Source: Eledone cirrhosa (taxonomy: Eukaryota). Taken from it: 64,000 bases of DNA. Numbering within the stretch: the first letter of the stretch is position 1; each line of letters begins with the position of its first letter. The position numbers and the translations under genes are program-made. The DNA lies in the NCBI GenBank assembly GCA_964016885.1, contig OZ024744.1, forward strand, positions 66,464,001 to 66,528,000, read 5' to 3'. Below the pieces are notes generated by a model. That model had not been told where the DNA came from, did no database searches, and worked only from the letters and a program-made list of their open reading frames with translations. Shown here piece after piece: positions 56,341 to 64,000 of the stretch.

Positions 56341-56584
56341 GCATATATATGTTTATGTGCCATAACCTAGCAGTTCAACAAAAAGGTTTGATAAAATAAG
56401 TGCATGCATGGTCCTGTAACTCCTGAAAGAGTTGTTGCGGCACTGTATTGACATATGGCATTTCTAGGGCATTTTTAAAATTGGCCGATCCCATCCCTCT
56501 CTATGTCTATATATAGCAGATGCCTTCCAGAGAAGGATAGAGGGAGTGAGAGAAAGGAAGTGAGAAAGAGATATAGAGGAAAAA

Positions 56585-56735
56585 ATCAACCCCTGTACTT
56601 GACTGGTACATTTTTTATTGACCGTGAATGGTTGAAAGGCAAAGTTGACCTTGGCGGGATTTGAACTCAGAGAGTTGAAACGAATACTGCAAGGCATTTT
56701 AGCCGACGTTCTAATGACTTTGCCAATTCGCCGCC
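56585..56735 (-). mobile_element. SINE family 2
   Basis: gaaaggcaaagttgaccttggcgggatttgaactcag..tgccaattcgccgcc. Confidence 0.75.
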
Positions 56736-57772
56736 TAAGATAAAATAAGTACCAGACTTCAAAAAATAAATGTTTTTTTTAAAAATAAATAGTGGGATCA
56801 ATATGTTGAATCTGTTGAAACTGTCTGTAACTGTGGGATCAATAGTGGGATCTGTTGAAACTGTCTGTAACTGGTCACTCATACTGATGTTAAGGTATTG
56901 TTCTCAAAATAAATAGATTCGATATTATGTGAGATAATTATGCGAGGTAAAGCATTTACCATGAAAATATAATAGTATATATAGAGTAATGTGAATACTA
57001 AAGGATTAAGATGGTGCTCCAGCATGGCCACAGTCTAAATGACAGAACCCAGTAAAATAAAAGAATACATGTAGTTAGTTAACCACTGACCTTGTATGAG
57101 TGTGTGTGTTACAACATACCCATTCCCTTCCTTCATCTCCCTTTTTCTTTTCTTTTTCAGTTGACACATCTTACATGTCCCATCGCCCATTATTGAATCG
57201 CACTTCCTCATTATCACTCTTCACTTAATAATCCACCCTCATCCATACCGGTCCTCACCTTCACCCCGACCCAACCCAAGTGACCCTCTTTTCTTTTTAC
57301 AGCTTATCTCCCCCCCCTCCGTTCCTCACTCGCTCCCCTTCCCTCCGCTCCATTCTTTCTTACTATATATCATCCATTCCCTCTATCTCTCTTCTATGAA
57401 ATCTTCTAATCTCTCCTCCTTCTCTTCTTCTTCTTCTTCTTCTCCATCCCTCCTCTCCTCCTCTTCTTCTCCCCCCTTCCCCCTCCTCTTCTTCCACTTC
57501 TTCCTCCCTCCCCCTCCCCCACTCAGTGCATAACAACTTTCTCTTTACTTCACCATCCTCTTTTCCACTTTTCTCCTATTTATTACTTTCGGTTCCTCCC
57601 CCTCCCTATTCACCTCCACTCTTACCTCCACCCAGGTATTATGCAAGCATGTAAAATAGCAATTAAATAATGATGCTGACCATGATATGTATGTGCAAGT
57701 TTGAGTATAAATGTGAGTAGTTGTGAGCACGTGTGTGTGTGTGTGTGTATGTGAGTTTGAGTGTGTCTACAT

Positions 57773-57948
57773 ATCATCATCATCATCATCATTATCATCA
57801 TTTTACGTCCGCTTTTCCCTGCTTGCAAGGGTGGGACGGGAACTGATTCTGGCTTGATTTCTACAGTTGGATGCCCTTCCTAACACCAATCTCATTTACA
57901 GTGAGTGCTGGGTGCTTTTTTCCCGTGGCACCTACACGCCCACTTTGC
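57773..57948 (-). mobile_element. SINE family 1, 3' half
   Basis: Matches 19098-19265. Confidence 0.85.
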
Positions 57949-58023
57949 ATTAATTATATTAAAACTCGCCCTATAGAAATGAGTTGCTCTATACCTTGGA
58001 TGTTTCTACCAAGTTATTACCAC

Positions 58024-58103
<80 letters not shown>

Positions 58104-58289
58104 CATGCACATATATATATATAAAGTAGAAATATAAGCTTACACAGTAAGCCTGATAGTGGGGATTTTTTAAAAACCCTCTGAATGGAAAAGGATGAGT
58201 ATTTCTACTTAATTTCAAATTTCAAACTTCACTTGCTGTCTTCAAAACAAACTTGCTTTGTCATTAAATATATATATATATATATATAG

Positions 58290-58475
58290 AAGGCATGCCA
58301 TATTTTTAATATGGTATCCCTGAAATATGTATAATGAAATAAATATGGTTTTATAAATATAGTTTCCATTTGTTTAATATCGTATATCTACTCCAAAACT
58401 TGTTGAGTGCTTTATATCAGTTATAAAATATTTACTTGTTGTAACCCAACAATTTTAAATAAAACTTTTGCATAT
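58290..58475 (+). mobile_element. 5'-truncated copy of the AUA-hammerhead element
   Basis: Starts within stem II (..ggtatccct-GAAA-tatgt-ATA-atgaaa); tail matches 59600-59745. Confidence 0.6.
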
Positions 58476-58605
58476 ATATATATATATATATATTTATATA
58501 AATGAAGTAATTCCGTCGGAAAGGTCCAGGAAAAAAGAGTGCTCTATGCAGGTTACAGAGCGTATTAGTTATGTAATAAACAACAAAACAACATAAGATA
58601 ATTAT

Positions 58606-58664
58606 TTCACTTACCAGTGGTTTCTTGAAAGCAAACAAAATTTGCTTTCAGTCATCAGAATGAA
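58606..58664 (-). ncRNA. Type-I hammerhead ribozyme motif (GUA)
   Basis: Mirror of 58712-58770. Confidence 0.8.
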
Positions 58665-58711
58665 AAAATCCTGGTGTATTTATTGACAGTCAATAAATAC
58701 ACCAGGATTTT

Positions 58712-58770
58712 TTCATTCTGATGACTGAAAGCAAATTTTGTTTGCTTTCAAGAAACCACTGGTAAGTGAA
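58712..58770 (+). ncRNA. Type-I hammerhead ribozyme motif (GUA)
   Basis: TTCATT-CTGATGA-c TGAAAGCAAA ttttg TTTGCTTTCA a-GAAA-CCA c TGG-TA-AGTGAA. Confidence 0.8.
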
Positions 58771-58818
58771 ATAATTATCTTATGTTGTTTTGTTGTTTAT
58801 TACATAACTATATATATA

Positions 58819-58874
<56 letters not shown>

Positions 58875-59049
58875 CACACATACACATAGTGGCGAGGTTT
58901 AGTGCTTAATTTGTTCATTGTTTTATATACATACAAACATACATACCAAAAATACACACATGAATATATGTGATACCACTCGGCACACTTTTGTCTCTCT
59001 GACATCATTACTTCAATAAGAAAAAGAAATATCAGATGTTTTTACTACA

Positions 59050-59265
59050 GACCTGCCAGAGTTCAGAGGAATATTATCAAGAACACTACTGATGTCTTTG
59101 TGATGCAGTTCTTTACAAGAGACCAATTCTGTGGGCTTCAAATAACTAGCAGCTGCATCATGACAATGCTCTCCATCTCATTTGTCGCAGCTGGTTCAGG
59201 GTTTCTTGCTAAACAAAGCCATTTTGGTCATTTGCCAGGCTCTCTATTCTCAAGACATTGTCTTA
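59050..59265 (+). pseudogene. mariner transposase remnant
   Basis: With frameshifts reads ..LWASNN*QLHHDNA..SHLSQLVQGFLAK..QALYSQDI, matching the mariner LHHDNAPAH..YSPDLAP motifs. Confidence 0.65.
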
Positions 59266-59545
59266 AGAATAAATTAACGTAAATACAAGATCTTCTTTCG
59301 TTCTTTCTCTTTCTTCTTCCTACACATACATATATATATCCTAATAATTATTTAAATCTACCTAGCGTCTAAAAATAAGTTTTTTTTTCAGCCCTATACC
59401 TCAACCTCATTTGCATACTCATCTTAATAATTTGAAACATTTAACTTTTCTTCTCTTTCCCTTCTTTCCTTTACTATCCAGGAATAACTTGAACCGTTAA
59501 GATCCTATTCCTGGTTATGTCAATATTTTTAAAACAAACTTTGTA

Positions 59546-59602
59546 TTTTATCTGAAGAGAGTGTACCAAGGTTTTGGTACCCTTGAAATATATATAACAG
59601 AA
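59546..59602 (+). ncRNA. Type-I hammerhead ribozyme motif (AUA)
   Basis: TTTTAT-CTGAAGA-GAG t GTACCAA ggtt TTGGTAC c CTT-GAAA-tatat-ATA-acagaa. Confidence 0.68.
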
Positions 59603-59829
59603 TAAATATGGTTTTATAAATATAGTTTCCATTTATTTAATATCATTGGATATTATACTCCAGAAAATCTGTTGAGTGCTTTGAATCAGTTATAAACATT
59701 TATATTTGTTGAATTACCAACAAATTAAATATCCCTTTTGCCTATATATATATACACATATATATTCATATATATAAATTCACATATATATATATGTGTG
59801 TGTGTGTATACATACATATATATATATAC

Positions 59830-60580
59830 AAGCTTTTCCCTCAAGATGAAAGGCACACTGTATGATGCGTGTATATGAACAGCAATATTACATGGTAGTG
59901 AGACCTGGGCGCTGTCTGGAGAAGACTTACGTAGATTAGAAAGAAATGAAGCTTGCATGCTCCGATCGATCTGTAATAGTAATATACACGAACGGCAAAG
60001 CATAAACAAACTGAGAGAGAGATTGAGCATAACAGGAATCAAATGCAAGAGAGGAAGATGCGTTGGTATGGACATGTGATGTGTATGAAGGATGGCAGCT
60101 GCATAAAAAGAGGGCAGACCACAAGTCGATGGAAGCCGCGGAGTGGGGAGACCCAAGAAGATCTGGGATGAGATGATAAAAGCCGACCTTACCCAATTAC
60201 ACCTCTCAAGGGTGATGACACACGACCGTGACCTCTGGCGTCACAGAGTAATACAAAACACCTGACTTCACATGGGAACAAGCCGAAGCTGAAGCATATA
60301 GACAATATGCCTCCACGCCCTCCCACTGCAAATGGTTGTGTAGGTGCCACGGCAAAAAAGCACCCAGCCCACACTGTAAAGTTGATGTGTAGGCGCCATG
60401 GAAAAAAAGCACCCAGCACTCACAGTAAATGAGGTTGGTGTTAGGAAGGGCATCCAGCTGTAGAAATCAAGCCAGAATCAGTTCCTGTATGAGCAAGACA
60501 AGGTCAGCCGACTGGACACTGCTCACAACAGGACAACCAGTGGAAGAACGGACGTAAACCGGTGATGATGATGATAATGA
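59830..60580 (+). mobile_element. RTE LINE (B-related subfamily), 3' part
   Basis: FSLKMKG.LYDACI..LHGSETWAL..RLERNEACML. 3' region contains 48-bp modules and ttaggaagggcatccagc; (GAT)n tail. Confidence 0.85.
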
Positions 60581-60739
60581 TATATACATATATATGTATA
60601 TACATATATATATATACTGTATATATGTGTATAAATATATATATATATAATGGCAAAATTTGAACAGGGACAAAACAGAGAGGCAGTACAATAAATGTTT
60701 ATTAATTTCACGCTCAGGAGAGTGGGGGGTAGGTGGGGG

Positions 60740-60771
60740 ACGACGTTTCGGGCATAAGCCCTTCCTCAGGT
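60740..60771 (-). ncRNA. Minimal hammerhead motif (GUC), Penelope pLTR type
   Basis: ac-CTGAGGA-aGGGC ttat GCCC-GAAA-CG-TC-gt; core and stem II perfect, stem I only 2 bp. Confidence 0.65.
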
Positions 60772-61392
60772 GAGAAGTGTGTGGGAACAGAGTTCAAAAG
60801 GTGTGTAAGGGAGTGGTGGAGAGACATATAGCGAAAGGAAACGGTGCGAATGAAAAATTAACAAATAAAGATAAAAAATAAAAGTAAAGCATGATCAAAA
60901 TACAAGGAATGGGAAAATTTAAAAATAAAGGCATGATCAAAATAAACTGAAATTAAAAGGGGGGTAAACAGGTGGTGGAAGGGTGTGGGGGAGTAGGGGT
61001 GGTGGCGGGTGGAGTAGGGAGAGGGAGACGGGGTGTCCGAGCGGGGAGGGCTGAAGGTGGTGTGTGTGTGTAGGTGTGCATGTGTGTGTGTGTATGTGAA
61101 AGTAAGGGTTGGGGGAAGAACGGGGTTGCATGTTCAGGAAGAGGTGTGTGTGGGGGGTGTTTTTGTGGGTCGGAGTGTCTGTGCGTGTGTGGATAGGGGG
61201 TGGGGGGGAGAGGAATCAGGAGGCTGAGGGTGTAAATATGTGGTGGGAAGCACGTGTGTGTGGGGTTTAAGCGTGTTGTGGGTGTGGGTGGCGTGTGGAG
61301 AAAAAAAATTGTTTGGGGTGTGTGTGTGGGTGAGTTATATAGGTGATGACGTAAGAGGTGTGTGTATATATATATATATATAGATTTCTTAC

Positions 61393-63560
61393 ATGACAAC
61401 TGAATTTCTTACGTGACAACTTACTGAAGGCTACTGATGGAACTTGTGGCTGTAGCAGAGCTCCAACCAGACAGAGAGTGACCTGGTGGTGGAACAGCAC
61501 AGTAGATAAGGCCATTAGAGACAAAAGACTAGCATCGAAGGCTTGGAAAAAGGGTGGGAGTAGAGAAGGATATACAGCTGCTAAGAGAGATGCTAGACGT
61601 CAGGTGTACTTAGCCTGCAGGGAGGCTGAGAGTAGGAGGTTTGCCAATGTTCTGCGACGGGAAGATCAGAGGCGTGCGGTGTTCCACATTGCAAGGCAGT
61701 GTGTCAATGCAAATCAGGATGTTGTTGGAGATAAATGTGTCCAGAATGATGCCGGTGTACTTAGTGTCACGAATGATCAGAAAAAGGGAGGCCTGGAAAT
61801 GTCATTATGAGAGACTGATGAAAGTAGAGAACGAATGGGAGAGAGAGAAATTACCCTCAGTAGATCCGACAGAGGGACCAACTATTGAGATTGATGAATA
61901 TAGGGTCCAAGATGCGATTAAGGAAATGAAAAATGGTAAGGCTGCTGGACCGTCGGGGATAGTTGCTGAGATGCAGAAGGCATCAGGGGACGTAGGCACT
62001 AAACAGGTTGCACACATCATCAATCAGGCTATATATGGTGGTGTCATACCCAAAGACTGGTGCAGCAGTATTCTCATAAATTGCTACAAAGGGGATGCTC
62101 TGGAGAGGAGCAATTATAGGGATATAAAACTGATGTATCAGGTTATGAATGTGGCAGAAAGGATATTAGCACAACTAATTAGAGAAAGGATCAAACTAGA
62201 TGAGATGCAGTTTGGTTTTGTGCCTGGGAAAAGTACAACAGATGCCCTCTTCTTGGTGAGACAAGAGAGGTTCTTAGAAAAGAATAAGCCACTATACTTA
62301 GCCTTTGTTGACCTAGAGAAGGCCTTTGATAGGGTACCCTGATCTGTCATCTGGTGGTCCCTAAGGAAACTAGGTGTTGAGGAATGGCTTGTGAGGATAG
62401 TACAAACATTGTACAGAGGTGCTGTCAGTAAGGTCAGGGTAGGAATGGAGTTTAGTGAGGAATTCCAGATACAAGTAGGAGTACATCAAGGTTCGGTCCT
62501 CAGCCCTCTCTTGTTCATTATAGTCCACCAAGCCATAACAGAGGAGTTTAAGACTGGCTGTCCATGGGAACTTCTCTATGCTGATGATCTGGTTCTTATA
62601 GCAGAATCAGTAGAGGAGCTAGAGAATAAATTCTGGCTATGGAAACAGCAGTTGGAAGCCAGAGGACAGAGTGAACCTAGCTAAGACAAAAGTGTTGATG
62701 AGTAGAAAAGAGGACAAAACTCTGATTCCATCAGCGAAATGGCCATGTTCGATATGCAGAAAAGGAACTGGCATAAATTCTATAAAATGCACACAATGCA
62801 GATCCTGGGAACACAAGAGATGTAGTGGGATAGCAGGCAAACTAACAGGTAGGGAGAAATACGTATGCTGTAGATGTGCAGGGAAATTAGACAGTAGAAG
62901 TCGCATTGATAGACACATTTTTCAAATGCAGGCGGGTGCTATAGAAGTGGTGGATAGCTTCCGGTACCTAGGAGATCAGATTAGCATGGAGGGGGGTGTT
63001 CCGAGGCCATAGTATCTTGAATAAGGATGGCTTGGAAGAAGTTTAGGGAGCTGCTTCCTCTGCTGACGAGAAGGGTTTCTCCCTGCGTACGAAAGGCCAG
63101 TTATGATGCCTGTGTGAGGAGCGCGACGCTGCATGGTAGTGAGACTTGGGCAGCAACTGCAGAGGATATCCGACGGTTGGAGAGAAATGAGGCAAGCATG
63201 CTCTGTTGGATGTGCAATGTCAATGAACGACCCAGCATGGATGTGTTGAGAGAGAAACTGTGTCTGAGAGGGATAGAATGTAGTGTGCGAGAGAGGAGAC
63301 TGAGGTGGTATGGACATGTGATGCGCTTGGAGGATGACTGATGGGGGAAGAAGTGCCAGGAAATGCCAGTTGAAGGAAGACGTGGTAGAGATAGACCACG
63401 AAAAACATGGGCGGAGGTGGTGTGAACAGACCTCAGATCACTGAAGCTCACGGTGGAGATGACGAAGGACCGTGACAAGTGGAGAGATGTTGTGCTGAAT
63501 AAGACCCGTCCCACCCTTGGAAGCAAGGAAAAGAGGACGTAAAATGATGATGATGATGAT
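61393..63560 (+). mobile_element. RTE LINE family A, 5'-truncated, frameshifted RT
   Basis: MQFGFVPGKSTTDA, AFVDLEKAFDRVP, VGVHQGSVLSPLLF, LLYADDLV, FRYLG, RRLRWYGHV; (GAT)n tail. Confidence 0.93.
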
Positions 63561-63592
63561 ATATATATGAATGACCATAGGTGAAACTCCAT

Positions 63593-63840
63593 TCATCATC
63601 ATCATCATCGTTTAAAGTCTATCTTCCACGCTAGCATGGGTTTAGACGGGAATTGTCCCACTTTAGGCAAGATTGGTTATCTTGCTTGTGTAGGACTGTC
63701 TGGCAGGTTTTCTACGGCTGGATGCCCTCCCCAACACCAACCACATTTACAGTGTGGACTGGGAAGTTTTTACTGTGTTACCTACACGGCCACATTACAG
63801 CGTGGACTGTGTGTTTTTTTTATGTGACACCTACACAACG
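63593..63840 (-). mobile_element. RTE family B 3' region
   Basis: Reverse complement of 5940-6180. Confidence 0.85.
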
Positions 63841-63914
63841 GCCAAGTAGTGAGTCTTGTTACTCTGGAGTTTCACATGTGCACTTGCAGGATCATCCTTT
63901 GTATATATAGAATG

Positions 63915-64000
63915 TGAAGGCATGAGATTTAGTGGTTAGAGAATTGGATTCACAATCGTGAGGTTATGAGTTCAATTCTCCAACTGAATGGTGCATTGTG
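63915..64000 (+). mobile_element. SINE family 1 head (runs off the window)
   Basis: ttagtggttagagaattgg..gagttcaattctc. Confidence 0.6.

Larger units (their letters stand above)
58566..58810. repeat. Perfect palindrome, 122-bp arms, 1-nt centre, two hammerheads
   Basis: Centre tattgac-a-gtcaata at 58688. Left arm extends to ~58500, matching the reverse complement of 13530-13600. Confidence 0.92.

Overview
AT-rich eukaryotic intergenic or intronic DNA. The SINE and RTE repertoire and the extreme (AT)n content suggest an octopod cephalopod (inference, not verified). No intact host gene is supported, and nearly all long ORFs in the track are microsatellite read-throughs. The window is a mosaic of decayed RTE-clade LINEs (at least three or four families, with (GAT)n or (GAA)n tails), a Tx1/L1-like LINE at (GATA)n, two tRNA-derived SINE families, a non-autonomous Helitron, hAT- and piggyBac-type MITEs, a mariner remnant, and 34-, 40- and 48-bp minisatellites. 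The main signal absent from the ORF track is about 16 motifs fitting the minimal type-I hammerhead ribozyme consensus (14 with canonical CUGANGA, 2 with CCGAAGA), plus about 3 degenerate or truncated ones. They come from many unrelated short non-coding elements, mostly embedded in (AT)n tracts. Four of these elements are head-to-head inverted pairs with identical polarity: two are perfect palindromes and one is built from a ~420-bp tandem monomer. This resembles non-autonomous Penelope-like or retrozyme elements with no cognate RT in the window. All folds were paired by eye, and many element boundaries are approximate.
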